From the NCBI GenBank assembly GCA_030390025.1, contig CM059432.1, forward strand, positions 16,494,001 through 16,558,000: a DNA stretch of 64,000 nt, given 5' to 3'. Below, in pieces: positions 37,708-52,100 of this stretch (positions within the stretch are counted from its first letter, which is position 1; the number at the start of each line of letters is the position of its first letter). The DNA is from Squalus acanthias (taxonomy: Eukaryota). The position numbers and the translations under genes were made by a program. The notes under the pieces were generated by a model. That model had not been told where the DNA came from. It was given only the letters and a program-made list of their open reading frames with translations, and did no database searches.

Positions 37708-38630
37708 TTAGTTATTTTAATTTATTTGAAACTAGAAATTGAGATTATGAGGGTGACTTTATTATTTAGTAATGGTGCAAATGTCTTTTTCTTAAAAAAG
37801 CATTTCATATAAAATGCTATTGTTCAGTAATTCTTCTGTGGTGGGCCCTGGAATTACCTACATAATCAGCAATGACTGCTCCCAATGCTGGGAAATGACA
37901 ATGCAACAGAAGAAAAATTATAGCTGGATGTAAACAATTGTTCGGTTGTACAAAATTGAAGTGTCTAAAATACACAATATGTCGCATGGTGAAATACATT
38001 AACTGATTTCACCCTAGGTTATAATCTGATGGTTAATATACTGTGCAGGCAACATAAATCACTTCCAGTTTAGACAGTTGCAGCTTTACACTGGGAAGAG
38101 CGCCAGCTCAAAAAAATGTTTATTCATCAGTAGTCCAAATAGGACAGAGGGCATCTTTGGTTGACTAGGCTGATGAAATAACCAGCATTTAGTGGGTTTG
38201 TTTCATCCAGGTCTAAATTCGACTAATTCAATTTCTTCAAAGCCAACAGTACAACCACAAGCCAAAACTAAAACCTGAATCTCTCAAACCATTGGGAAGT
38301 AATTGTCATTTTGAAAGTGGAACAGAAATTCACCAATAAATTAAATCAGCTGAAATATTGCTGGGAGCTAGTATCAGATTCTGTATTACTGAACCTTTTG
38401 TATTATATTGAGTTGAGCAGGTTCACAAACAAATAAAAAAAGATCCCTGTGCTTAAATCACAAATGATCTATTTTATAGCAAATGATCCACCGACCAAAA
38501 AGAGTTAAAGCGCAAAGAAAAGTATCGAACGAACATAAAGGTAGACAAGGGATGAATTTATTTAGTAATACTGCCAAGGTGTTAGTACAACAGCATAGGT
38601 TGAGGTGCGGTCTATCCATTTAGACAATTA

Positions 38631-39311
38631 GGGCTGGATTTTGATACTGGGGCGGGCTAGGGTCGTGTTATCCACTTTTCGTGTTATCCACCCGACTGCA
38701 ATTGGATGTGGGAGATTGATGCGATTTTCACCTAATTGGGCAATTGAGTTCCAGCATGTGGGAACCCATGACCCAATTAGTGTTTTCAGTCTGAAAGTCG
38801 CCTCTGATGATGTCATCATTGCTGCTGCATTGAAGGTCTGCAAAGACTACCTGGCCTTTGCTGTGAGAGGACCTGGAGGCAAAATGAGCAGCAGCAGCCC
38901 GAAGTCTGCTCTCAGATATTTTTGTACCACCACCACCACTCCCAGATATTATTATACCTATACCACCACCACCACCACCACCCATCTCCGTTGTAATAGT
39001 GAACCTGCAGCTGATAGTCAGCTATCGAAATGTGTTCCCACCAGGTTTCACAATCGTGGTTCTGCATAGGCGTGCTTCACGTAGAAGAAGGGTTAAAATC
39101 ACAAAGGCCTTTCAAAATGGCATTATAGAGGCAATTTAGTGCTTGTTAAGGGCCTTAACAGCCTATCCCGCCTCTTAGAGGCGGGACCAGCAGACACGAT
39201 TTAATGAAAATTGCGTGGAGGCGGGCTAATGTCCGCCCGCCAGTTTTTGCAATTTTAACCCCCCTCACACGCCTCCAAACCCACCTCCACGGGTCAGTGA
39301 AAATTCTGCCC
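38631..39311. mobile_element. Harbinger-type MITE
   Basis: TIR GGGCTGGATTTT/AAAATTCTGCCC with TSD TTA (38628-38630, 39312-39314). Confidence 0.85.
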
Positions 39312-41982
39312 TTAGTGTGTGAGTAGCAACTTTTGACTCTGGAATTATTACCAGGATAAAGCAGCTGTTAAGAGGAAACAGCTATTTGCATGACCTGCAA
39401 TGCTTTGGGCTAACATCATGATAGAGTAGATTGCACAGGGTCTTTACACTCGATGCACCAAATAGCTTTTTCTCCTTCCATGCCTTAGGCAGTAATTATT
39501 AGATTACAATATGGAAGCCATTAATTAATAATTTGCAAAATGGCACACATTGCATATTCTAGTCTAATCTACATTGTGGCATCTAACAAATATGTATCAG
39601 AAGCAGATAAGATTCACAAAAGTTTCCAAGAATTCTCTGTTACTTTACTGAGTTAAACAAACTAGGAATTGAAAAGGATTAATTGGAAAGGAATTTCCCT
39701 GCAATCAGCCACGTCAACAATGACTTGTTGCAGCACCGAGTTTGTTGGCTTCAAATGAACACTACATATAACCTTCAAAAAAAGCTGTACAAAATGAATA
39801 TGCCAACAATCTCTGAAAGCATTTTCATATTGATATTGCATAAATATCAACAACGCTCACGGTTCAGAGTGCATCCTACATTCAGTACGTCAGCTGGTCT
39901 GCTTAGCAACCCAAGGCGCTTCCGTTTTGATGCATGTTTAAGAATCCTATATTAGGATAGCAACCTCTGCGGGCCACTCTCTCATTTTTACACTGCGAGT
40001 CTGTAGGTCTGCTAAACTCTAATTTGGAAACCCAGAATACAAAATATGGCTGCCTTAATTTGACAGAGCATTTGTAGACCCATATATTCATGGGCTTACC
40101 ATCCCATAGGCTCCCAGAATCTTGGCTCCTTCACACTACAGAGCGCAGCCAGTGAAAGGAGAAACAGGTAGCTCTGGTTGTACTTATATAATGTAACAGT
40201 AACTATAACAATATCCAAGTTATGTTTCCATGGGTCTATGACTTTGCCATTGGTTAAAAATAACTAGTTTAGTTATTTAAATGTGTGTGGGATGGAGACA
40301 CACAAAAAAACAAAACTACCACAATCTGAACCACAGAAGTGCCAAAAGTAAAAGCATCTAAAATGTTGCTTTTACTGGATGCGCCAGTGGTAACACAACC
40401 ATCACTCAAGGCATTGTACATCCAGTATTCACTGACTCCAATAACATGTATGCAGTGCCTTGAGGCATGGTTGCATTGATGGTTCAGTAAAGCTGTAACA
40501 ATGAATCAATGCAATGTACTAGGTACAAGTGAAACATAATCCATGCTGTGCATGCCTTGTGTAAATGGGGTGGCAACACTGTAAGAACAGTGTTTAACAC
40601 CCAGACATGGTATGCATCAAGGGCACCAGACAAATTCTTAATGCCTTCTTCATAAATCCTCATCAAGGAAAGAGTTTGGATTAGTTTAGTATTTAAACTA
40701 CTAACCTCCCATCAGAATTTGCACAAACGACGAAGTGAATGAATTAACCCTTCCTTGCCAATGTACAAAGAAGTGAAACAACAAAATGTCATGAACTAAA
40801 CTATTTATTAACCTTAGAATCATAGCGAGCAGCACTTAAACATCGAGTATGTAGATAGAATTAGTTGACAAAATAAATAACAGGTTACAAAGGCAGTTTT
40901 GTTATGTCACAGCAATTCAGCATTAACTGCCTGCTAATCATAAATTTACAGTTTATAAAAATTTACAGTTTATAAAAATTTACAAATTTACATAAATGTA
41001 CAATTTACAGTGTCTGAGATGCACATAAATTGGAGAGATTAATTTTGGATTAGATTCCTTAAATCGGTGAAACATTACCATTGCATAACTATCTATTGGA
41101 TAGATTAACTTCTATATGGTTTTAGTTATCAATGTTTCCAGGGCGTATATGACCTTGACCGTATGAGCTAGTGTTGATGGCCTGGTTGCCTTGCCTTCCT
41201 CTTGGAGTATAGCGTTAGCCTGAGATGTCAGAGTGATGAAACTTAGTCTGTAGGATCCTCTGCTCCTGGGTAACTTCACCTTCCAAGCTGCTAGCTATAT
41301 CTGGATTAAATCTCACCTCTCTTGATCAAAGGGAAACTTGTACATCTAAGTGTAACACTTGTATCTGCCTATATCTGGCTGGTATAGCCATACAATCTTA
41401 ATTTCTGAAAACTCTCTTTCTCTCTCTCTCTGTCACAGATGCACTTTCTGATTTTATAGAGTCACCTTTCTATGTGTAATAGACAAAGAATCCTTATACC
41501 TTCTACTACAAGAAATACTCAAAGAACTAGAATGAGAAGTTGGAAAAGTTAGGACTGTTTCCCTTGGAACAGAGAAGGTTAAGAGGTGACTTAAGAAGAG
41601 GTTTTCAAGATGATGAGAGGTTTTGATAGAGTAGATAAAGAAAATCTATTCCCTCTGGCAAGTGGGTCAATAACCAGAGGTCAGAGATTCTCTGATTTCA
41701 ACTAAAATAATGGAGTGGTGGGAGTGAATTCAGCAACTTTTTTCGTAAATGAAGTGGCAATAACTCTACTGTAGCACTGGAGTTATACAACTTTTGAAAT
41801 AATAATAAAATAATAAAATGGCTTCAGGATTACCGGAGTGCCACATTAAGTCAATCTATGTGCTTTGCATTGTGACACAGCAAATGAAACATTTAACATT
41901 TAACAATTGGTTTGTGGCAAAATTTGTTTGCAGCATCAAAAGCAACACAATTTTATTTTTGATGTGGACTGGGGTGGACAAA

Positions 41983-42153
41983 TGTGAGAAGTCGCACAAC
42001 ACCAGGTTATAGTCCAACAGCTTTATTTGAAATCACAAGCTTTCGGAGCGCTGCTCCTTCGTCAGGTGACCTGACGAAGGAGCAGCGCTCCGAAAGCTTG
42101 TGATTTCAAATAAAGCTGTTGGACTATAACCTGGTGTTGTGCGACTTCTCACA
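41983..42153. repeat. Perfect 171-bp palindrome of a Penelope-like pLTR fragment
   Basis: 85-bp arms with a 1-nt spacer (G42068). Each arm carries CTGACGA-A-GGAGC-AGC-GCTCC-GAAA. Confidence 0.92.
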
Positions 42154-42296
42154 ATTTTATTTTTGCCCATGACGAAAGTGAAAAATATCAAGATTTTTTA
42201 ATCTAAGGTATCTGGTAGAATTACCATGATCTTGTGTTTATTTTTTTCAAAATCTATCTACTTTCTGAGATGATTATACCTCCCACTAAAGATTCA

Positions 42297-43199
42297 GGGG
42301 GAAAAATTTGGTTGCTTTGCGCCTTCCGTTAGCGCCCTAAGAGGGCGCAAAGCAACTAGCGCTCGGGCACGGCGATGTTTGCGGCGCTCGCGAAATTGAC
42401 CAGACATTTTGCGGTAGCGCTAAACACGACCACCATGATCTCCTGCGCCCGCAGATCGTGATGTCAGTCGAGCATGCAACGCCCTGGTAGCGCTCCGGAC
42501 CGGATATTGAGTGGCGCCTCCTGCCTTTCCGCCTGCCACTAGCAACGACAGGTTGAGGGGAACGTTTTGCAGTCAGGAAGGGACTGGGGGAGCGCTATTT
42601 AAAGGCGATCGCTTCCTGCTTTTTTTTGTCGGCGACATTTTTGCACCACGCATTCTGAGATAGAGAGAGAGAGAGAGAGAGAGACACACACACACACTTC
42701 TGGAGAGATTCAATGCTGGGTGAAGGAGTTTTGGGTACTGAGCAGCACTTTGCAGGTTCATTTTGATTTGACCTTCCTTGCATCGATTTAGAAGAGAGTA
42801 TGGGGGCTGCACTCTGAGCTCTTTCCCTGGGCCTCTCCATTGTTCTTTCTAGCAGATTTGATGTACAGGTCTCTCCAGGCCGAGATTCAAGGCTGCAATG
42901 AGCAGGGTGTGGATGGAGAGCAAGATCGACCCTCCCCTTTAAGAACTGGCCGTCACCAGTGTGTCTGTGTTCCATTACTGACTGACATCACATGAGCTTT
43001 GCCAGCGCTCTGAGGTAGTGCCTCGCTCCTCGGTGTTAGCGCCTTGAGAGGTGTGTAGCGCCTGATTTAGCGCTCCAATCACCTCCGGGGGCGATAGATG
43101 CCAAGTTTGCAGTCGGAGGCGATAATTAGTGTCAGGCGCTAAACTTTGTGCCCGGTCGATAATTGCGCCCCACATGGGGCGATACCGAATTTCTCCCCC
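42297..43199. mobile_element. Harbinger-type MITE (related to 33600-34320)
   Basis: TIR GGGGGAAAAATT/AATTTCTCCCCC with TSD TCA. Shares internal motifs (cgcgaaattgac, agatcgtga, tatttaaagg) and contains a (GA)n(CA)n tract. Confidence 0.87.
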
Positions 43200-43365
43200 T
43201 CAGTTCTTTGCGAAAATGTGAATTCATTACCACAACTGAGAGAGTCTCATGAACTGCAATCTGGAATATTTTTCATTTCTTATCTAATATGTTCTTCCCT
43301 GGTACTGACTCACATGATTCCACAGACACCAGCACTCTCAACCAAATTATTATTATTGATGAGCA

Positions 43366-43692
43366 ACGCCCCAAGATATCTACACTCCTCTAATTCTGCC
43401 CTCTTGAGCATCCCTGATTATAATCGCTCAACAATCGGTGGCCGTGCCTTCTGTTGCCTAGGCCCTAAGCTCTGGAATTCCCTGCCTAAACCTCTCCACC
43501 TCGCTACCTCTCTTTCCTCCTTTAAGGCGCTCCTTAAAAACCTACCTCTTTGACCAAGCTTTTGGTCACCTGCCCTAATTTCTCCTCATGTGGCTTGGTG
43601 TCAAATTTATTTGTCTTTTAATACTCCTGTGAAGCGCCTTGGGACGTTTTACTATGTTAAAGGCGCTATATAAATACAAGTTGTTGTTGTCG
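43366..43692 (+). mobile_element. L2-type LINE 3' end
   Basis: STIGGRAFCCLGPKLWNSLP with a gttgttgttg tail. Same family as 34575-35190. Confidence 0.88.
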
Positions 43693-43897
43693 TTGCAAGC
43701 CAAGACAACAAGCAGCATCACAGCCAAGCTTGAACATGTGACATTTGCACAAACATTTTCCAGCAGTAGTCACGGTCAACTGTAACGCTTTGAGCACTCT
43801 CTCAGCTAGGATCAGCTAACTTAGCACTGATCCAGGATCACATCTGGGAGCCTTCCTAGCCTGTATGGCTCTGGACCACAGCATGTGGCTCATTTAC

Positions 43898-46520
43898 AGA
43901 GAGTCTACCGCACAGAAACAGGCCATTCGACCCAACTGGTCTATGCCGGCGTTTATGCTCCACACGAGCCTCCACCACCACTCTGCATCTAACCCTATCA
44001 GCATATCCTTCTATTATTTTCTCCCTCATGTGTTTATCTAGCGTTCCCTTAAATGAATCTATGCTATTTGCCTCAACTATTCCTTGTGGTAGTACGTTCC
44101 ACATTCTTACCACTCTTTGGGTAAAGAGGTTTCTCCTGAATTCCCTATTGAATTTATTAGTGACTATCTTATATCTATGGCCTCTAGTTCTGGTCTCCCC
44201 ACAAGTGGAAACATTTTCTCTACATCTACCCTATCAAACCTTTTCATTATCTTAAAGACCTCTATCAAGTCACCCCTAATCCTTCTCCTTTCGAGAGAAA
44301 AGTTCAGTGATTTGTGAATGTGTATCTCTCGGTCCCTATGCTCATCTACCCCATTTAGACTCATTACTATGAAATCGTGTTTAACAAATCTATTCAAGTT
44401 TTTTTGAGGATGTAACTAGCAGGGTAGATAAGGGAGAACTGGTGGATGTAGTATATTTGGATTTTCACAAGGCATTCGATAAGGTGCCACACAATAGGTT
44501 GTTACACAAGATTAGGGCTCATGGGATTGGGGTAATATATTAGTGTAATATATTAGCGTGGATTAAGGATTGGTTAACCGACAGAAAACAGAGAGCAGGA
44601 ATTAATTTTTTTTAAATTCGTTTATGGGATGTGGGCGTCGCTGGCAAGGCCAGCATTTATTACCCATCCCTAATTGCCCTCGAGAAGGTGGTGGTGAGCC
44701 GTCTTCTTGAACCGCTGCAGTCCGTGTGGTGAAGGTACTCCCACAGTGCTGTTAGGTAGGGAGTCCCAGGATTTTGACCCAGCGACGATGAAGGATCGGC
44801 GATATACTTCTAAGTGAGGATGGTGCGTGACTTGGAGGTGGTGGTGTTCCCATGCGCCTGCTGCCCTTGTCCTTCTAAGTGGAAGAGGTCGCGGGTTTGG
44901 GAGGTGCTGCCGAAGAAGCTTTGGTGAGTTGCTGCAGTGCATCTTGTAGATGGTACACACTGCAGCCACGGTACGCCGGTGGTGGAGGGTGCCAATCAAG
45001 CGGGCTGCTTTGCCCTGGATGGTGTTGAGCTTCTTGAGTGTTGTTGGAGCTGCACTCATCCAGGCAAGTGGAGAGTATTCCATCACACTCCGTACTTGTG
45101 CCTTGTTGCTGGTGGAAAGGCTTTGGGGAGTCAGGAGGTGAGACAATCGCCGCAGAATACCCAGCCTCTGACCTGCTCTTGGTGCCACAGTATTTATGTG
45201 GCTAGTCTCAGGATAACTCTGCTCCCCAATTTGGTGTTGTTCGCAAATTTTGAAATTGTACTTCCGATTCCCGAGTCCAAATTGTTAATGTAAATTGTGA
45301 ACAATGATGCTCCCAGCACCGATCCCTGTTGAACACCACTTCCCACCTTTTGCCAGTCTGAGTAGCTACCCTTAACCCAAGCTCTCGGATTTCTGTTTTG
45401 TAGCCAGCTTGCTATCCATTCTGCTACTTGTCCCGACTCCACATGCTTTGACCTTAGTCATAAGTTTACTATGCAGTATCTTATCGAAGGCCTTTTGAAA
45501 ATCCAAATATATTACATGGAATCATAGACTGATCATAGACAATTACTGCATTACCACTATCTACTCTTTCTGTTACTTCTTCAAAGAATTCAAGGTTGGT
45601 GAAGCATGACCTTCCCTTTTGAAAACAGTGCTGACTACTCTATTATATTTTTGGTTTCTAGATGTTTTTCAATTACATCTTTAAGTAAAGATTCCACTAT
45701 CTTTCCTAGCACCGATGTTAAGCTAACTGGTCTATAGTTCCCTGGATTTGTTCAATCTCCCTTTTTAAATACAGAAATCGCATTAGCTGTCCGCCAGTCC
45801 TCTGGTCCTTTTCTAATGAATGTTTATACATATGTAATAGTGCCTCTTCTAACTCTTTTAATATGCGTGGATGTAATCCAGCCGGACAAGAGGTTTTAAC
45901 CTCTAAGTTTGATTAGTTTATCAATTATCTCCCCCATTTCTATCTTAAATGTCTTTATATCATTTTTGTTCTCTGCTTCTAATGTCATGCCCACCATGTT
46001 AGTCTCCCTGGTAAATACTGACGCAAAATAATTATTCAATATGTCATTACCTGTGAGTTTATCTTGTGCATTGTTTAGTGGCCCTATCCCTATCCTGAAT
46101 TTTCTTGTTATTTATCTGTCTGCAGACTACTTAATGATTTATTTTTATATTCCTTGATAATTTAATTTTGTAGTTCCTCTTTGCTTTCCTAATTTTTTTT
46201 TACTTCTTTCCTAACCTCCTCATAGTCCCTTTTGTCATCCTTTCCTTTATTGTCTATCTACTTAGAGTATGCCTTTTTTTTTTCCAGTTTCAATTTTACC
46301 CTCGTCTTTATTCATCCATGGTATTTCATTATTAGCTAGTTTGTGCCTTTTTTTTAAAAAAGAGGAATATATTTCTCCTGAACTCTATCAATCACTATTT
46401 TAAATATTTCTCACTGCTGTTCTAACTCTGTCAATTTTTTTTTCCAGTTTACCTTCCCTAGTTCCATTCTCATCCCCTCAAAATTAGCTATTTTCCAATT
46501 TACTACTTTGTTCTTTGTCT
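43898..46520 (-). mobile_element. Long decayed CR1 LINE with nested inserts
   Basis: Reverse-complement relative of 14200-17325 (SKFANNTKL, RGDLIEVFKIMK). Contains a plus-strand CR1 piece at about 44370-44602 and the A-tailed LINE at 44605-45205. Confidence 0.85.
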
Positions 46521-46977
46521 TACTTACTGATTCATCAGGGAAGCTCTGTGCCGTTTTCTTTTCTCACACAGGCATAAATATTCACGCTGGTGCATGACTG
46601 ACAATTAATGCAATTTTCATTCCATAAGTAAGAGTAACTAAATAATTCACGAGAAAGTTATGCTGTTCTGTATCACAGGTGCAATTAAAAACTATAAGTT
46701 AGTACTTTTGGTTACACAACCAATGATTAAAGAAAACTGCATACATCGCAAAACATAAACGTGGCTCATACTCACTACCAGGTCAAGATTTGGAGGCCTT
46801 ACTTAAATGGAAGATAAAATATTCCTCATGTCATAAGAACATAAGTGTGAAATGGAGAGAGCCATTTGTCTCACTGGGTTCATTCCTTCCAATGAGCTAA
46901 GTAGAAGGTGCACTTTACAGACTCCTCCAAATTATTTATCACCAACACACAGCTTTGATGTTTAGCTGCACTGTGCT

Positions 46978-47070
46978 CTGATGAAAGGTCATCAACCTGA
47001 AACGTTAACTCAGTTTCTCTCTGCAGATGCTGCCTGGCCTGCTGAGTATTGCCAGCATTTTGTGTTTTTA
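46978..47070 (+). mobile_element. Penelope-like pLTR fragment
   Basis: CTGATGAAAGGTCATCAACCTGAAACGTTAACTC...gatgctgcctggcctgctgagtatt, homologous to 22262-22396. Confidence 0.65.
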
Positions 47071-47459
47071 TCCCAACATGGTCTGTTCCTTTAGGATCAA
47101 TGCTCAAGTACTCCCGATTGGAAAGTGGTCTAAATAGGCAACCCCGAGTTGAATTAGAGACTAGTTTTTGAAGGAATTTCCTTCGCCGATTGGCAGTTGC
47201 CTATAAATCCTCAGCTCTTGCCTTGCGAGAGAAGCCAGGTTATCAAGGTCAGAACATTCAGCTGGAAATTACTGGTTTTCATTCTTTTTTTTTTAAACAC
47301 TTAGTGTGCTGTCTAAAGTGTCAAAGACACAAGATACATGACCAAAATTATAACCATAAAATGTTGAAATCTCTCCCTAAACCCAAAAGCAATCAAGAGG
47401 AAACTAGGGGATCCATTTAATCTAGTGTATTCGTTATCCAGCCCACAGGCCAACTAGAA

Positions 47460-47780
47460 AGGAAGAACATTTATCGAGTACCTTTCATGTCCCAAAGCAC
47501 TTTACAATCAAATGAAGTACTTTTGAAGTGTAGTCACTGTTGTAATATAAGAACCATGGCAGCCAATATGTGCACAGCAATGAATACATAACCAGGTCAT
47601 CTGCTTCAGGTGTTGGTTGAGGGATAAATTTCAGCCAGGCCACCGGGACAACCTGCTCTTTGATTATTGCCATTGGATCTTTTGCATCCACCTGAGAGGG
47701 AAGACGGAGCCTCGGTTTAACATCTCATCCAAAAGTCGGCACCTCCAACGATGCAGCACCCCCTCAGTACTACACTGAAG
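47460..47780 (-). mobile_element. DeuSINE (SacSINE1-like)
   Basis: Diverged copy of 60408-60860. Another copy lies at about 48410-48738. Confidence 0.75.
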
Positions 47781-49164
47781 CAGATGTCTACTTGTCTCAG
47801 GCTAACCTACCTTAAGTACTTACAGACTCATCCCAAGTGCTTCCAGGCCCCCTCTCCCTCATACTCTTTGCCACTCTGACATTGGATGAATCACCGTTCT
47901 CTATGCTCCACCACTTGTCACTCTATCAGCCATCCAATCTAGCCCCTATCTCTGAAACTCACTCCCTTAATCCTTTGCTTGGCTTCCTCCATCTTTTCTT
48001 TCAAAAGGTTACTAAAAACCTCTCTTTTCGTTTACTTTCTTGGCTCTGCCCCTTACATCAATTCTTCAACTTCCCTCGCTGTCCATTTTTCATTTACCTC
48101 ATCCGTGAGAGACATGCAATGCTAAGATTGTTAAATAAATACAAGTGGTCGTTGTAGTAAGTATTTACTATCTCAAACAGTCCCAATTAAATTATTTTTT
48201 GCGAGAAGTCAAGAAACGAAGCAAAAGATTGTCAAATATCTCAAAACGCTTCAAGCATAATGAATCCACCTCCTTCTCTTTTAAGACCTTCCATAAGATA
48301 GACTTCTTTGACCAAGCTTTTGCTCACTTTTCTTACACCTTTGAACTGCCTTGTGATGCTTTTCTAAGTTAAAGGTGCTACATAAATGCAAGTTGTTATT
48401 GTTAAGTGCAGTGACTATTGTTATGTAGGCAAACATAACAGTCATTTTTCCACAGTAAAACACCACAAACACCAGTTAATCTGCTTTTTTGGTGATTAGT
48501 CACGTAAGGAATTTTGGCCAGGACACCAGGAAAACTCCCTGTTTCTCTTCAAATGATGTCATGGGATCCAAAATTTGAACTGCTGGAACAGGCAGGTGAG
48601 GCCTCTGATGAACATCTTATCTGAAGAGTGGCACCTCCAACAATGCAACTTTCTCTCATTGGCAGTCTGCATTACATGTTCAAATTTTGGTGTGGAGCTT
48701 GAACCTTATGACTCAGAGACAAAAGTGCTATCAACTGAGCCAAGAATTACTTGCTATTCTTGCATTATTTGAAAACTATTTCTCAAGACTGCTTTACAAA
48801 AGAAACAGTGTTTATAACAGCATTCGTCATGCTTTTACCGGCAGTTACAAAGCTACCAAGGTGGCTGAATGGATGATTCTGATTTTGGAAACAAGTCAAA
48901 GATGAACTCTTCAATCAACCTGGGGCAAGGATGAGGGCATCCAAAGTGGTTGCAAAGCAGTTGTTGAGCAGATGGGCAGAGGCGCTAATATTGATGTGGG
49001 GTGTGGGGCGGACCAGAAAGGAGGAGTTTGAGAGCACGGTGGTGAGGATGTTCAGGATAGTGTTCTTTTTTCAGAAGGATAGGCTGGAGGAGTTAGAGCA
49101 GTGGTACCAAATGTACAGCCCGCAGGCTGGATCAGGCTTGTAGGCAAGTTTCATCCAGACCACA

Positions 49165-52100
49165 GACTTTCTATCAATCTTCATTTCTTTATTTAGTTTG
49201 TTGGGGTGGCACCCAATATGTACATTTCGTAACATTGATCATTTCTTGCAGCATGTTTCAATGTCTCATAACATTGATGTCTGATTTTTAAGTTGTGTAA
49301 TGACAAGAAGCCCTCATCTTTATTCAAGAAGACAAAGGTAGATTAAAAACGCCAAGCGTTTCAAGAGAAATGGGAGAATTTCGTATTTCTTTGCGGACAT
49401 GAATGGAAATCTGACGTGCTTTATTTGGAAGCAAGAGGTAGCCGAGTTGAAAAAATACAATATTCAAAGACACTACATAAAAACCGTGAGAACTATAATA
49501 AGTACATAGGAAAGTTATGTAAAGATAAATTTTCTGAATTAGCGCAGCTGTTGTAAAAAAGCAGCAATGTTTACTAATGCGTGTCACATAAGTGATGCTG
49601 CTGTTAATGCGCATGAATTAGCTGCATCATCAAAACCATTTTCTCAGGGAGAATTGTTGAAGAACTGCAGGCTAAAAGTTGCGGAAATAGTGTGTCCAGA
49701 TCAGCGGCAAACTTTCACAAATATCAGCCGCTCAAAAAACAGTTGCTGAGTGAATCAATGATTTGGCTGAAAATTTTTAAGAGTCAACTTCAGACAAAGC
49801 AAAGTCCTTCACTGTTTTTTCCAATTGCAATTGATGACAGCACTGCTGTAACTGACATGGCTCGTGTGGAATTGATGAGAATATGTGCACAACAGAAAAG
49901 CTTGTACAATTGGGGATGACGAGAGACACAACAACAGAAAATGACCTCTTCAACAACTTGGAGAGAGTTCTGGACAAATTGGATGTGGATTGGGCAAGAG
50001 CTGAGAGTCTGGTTGCAGACGGGGAACATTCAATGGTGGACAAGAAAACCGGGAGATGTGGCAAAATTGCAAACTATTCACCCAAACCAGCAGTTCAGTA
50101 GTTTTCACTGCATTTTACATCAAGAAGCTCTGTGTAATAAAACTTTCAAAATGAATCACATTATGGATGTGGTTCGAGATATAGCTTTCAATCACCGGCA
50201 GTTTAGCCAGTTGTTGTAAGAGTGTGAAATTCACCGTGTACTGCCATATCATACTGCAGTTCGTTGGCTAACTCGGGGTGCTGTATTAAAGTCCTTTTTT
50301 CCAATTGTGCGATGAGAACCAACCATGGATCAGAAAGGGAAAGATGTTACTGAATTGCTGGACAATGAATGGCATCAAGCCCTTTCTTTCACAGTGGATA
50401 TTATGGAGCACCTGAACACGCTCAACAAAAGAATGCAAGGGCGTGACCAAGTAGCGACAGGATACTATGACAACATTCAAGCCTTTGAGACCAAGCGTCA
50501 GCTGTGGGAGAGGCAACATTCCTGGAGTAACTTGGCACATTGTCCCACCTTAAAATCACTAAGACCACGATTTTCTCCTCCGTGTCGGGATGGGGGCAGG
50601 TCAGGTGGTTTCCGGGTTCTGGTCCCGCCCCCAGCTGCCTCTGATTTTACCTTGATTGGCCTGGTTAAGTCCACCCTGCAGGTTTACCAGCCAATTAACA
50701 GGAAGCCAGTCTGATGACATCATTTGATGACATTTGATGATGCATCATCTGCTGGTTTCCTTAAAGGGACCATGCACAATTTTTTTTTGCAGTTGATTTT
50801 TCAGTGTTTGACAGCATTGAGGTGCTGAAAACACTGACAATCACTGCACAATGGTGAACTCTTACACCCAGGCTCTCCAATGACTCCCTCCATTTGCTTA
50901 TGGAGGGAGACACAGTACGCAGGGAGGTTCTCTTCCCTTCCAAGGGCGGAAGAGACCTCCCCAGGGCACCAACTTACCTTGCACCTCCACCCAACCCTCT
51001 CTATCTACTTTATCACTTCCCCATCTCACTAGGTCTGATTGTTTCATTGGGTCCGATGTTGCTGGAATAGATGGCAGCTGCAGGTGAGATGACAGAAGCG
51101 ATCCGTCACTGGTGAAAGAGGTTCTCCCAATGAGGTGGCACTGGACATACAGTTGGATCTAGAAACTTGTAAGCTAAAGAAATCTGTATATGTATTAAAA
51201 ATGCAGTAACCAACATTTTCTTGGCTCTGAAACTCACCATGTGCAACATTGCATCCTTGACACCACTTCTGCAGCTGTCATCTTTTCACAAACATCACAC
51301 CAGACTCACAACACGCCACACTTACCTGGCGTGTTGTCCGGACGTCGTGAAACCCGACCCAGAAGCTGGAAAATCGAAAACGACCCTGAAAACAGCTGAC
51401 AAGTACCTGGTAATAGGCAGTTAATTGCCTTTAATCCTTTTCCCGCCACTAGGTGTCGGGTCCATTCGCAAATCGGGGACCCGACACTTGGGAAAGTTGT
51501 TTGGAGGCGGGTTGACAGCAGGTTCGGGACCCGCCGTCAATCAAAACGACTTTAACCTCTGACCCGCCTCCAAACCCGCCCTCGGAGCACCGGTAAAATT
51601 GCGGCCTAAGTGTCACTGTTGGTGCTCAATGTGTTGGCATCACAGAAGGATACATGGGTAAAATTGCTGAACTGAGAAAGGCATTTCAAGAACGACTCTG
51701 ACCTCAGGAGAGGTTGTAATTTTCAGCACACCATTTTCTATCAACGTGCATGATGTACCAGAGGGGTTCCAAATGGAAGCTATTGAATTGCAGTGTTACA
51801 CTCTGTTGAAGGACAAGTTTTAAGATATTGGGGTAATACGTTTTATCAATGGATAACACCAAAATATCCCAAACTGAAGTCCTTTGCATCAAGAATTCTT
51901 TCCATGTTTGGCACCATGTACAGGTTTGAACAAGTATTCTCAGTCATGGATATCGACAAGTCTAAACCACATTCTCAACTTTGTGACGCAAACCTCAACT
52001 CGATACTGAAGATAGCCTCAGCCCAGTCATTTGCTCCAAATGTTGATGCAATGGTTCAAGCTAAGAGGTGCCAGGTATTGGGGAGCAGCAGTAAATAAAA

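Noticed and set aside
40940..41010. Short tandem duplication (aaatttacagtttataa)
   Set aside because: Ordinary AT-rich slippage repeat.
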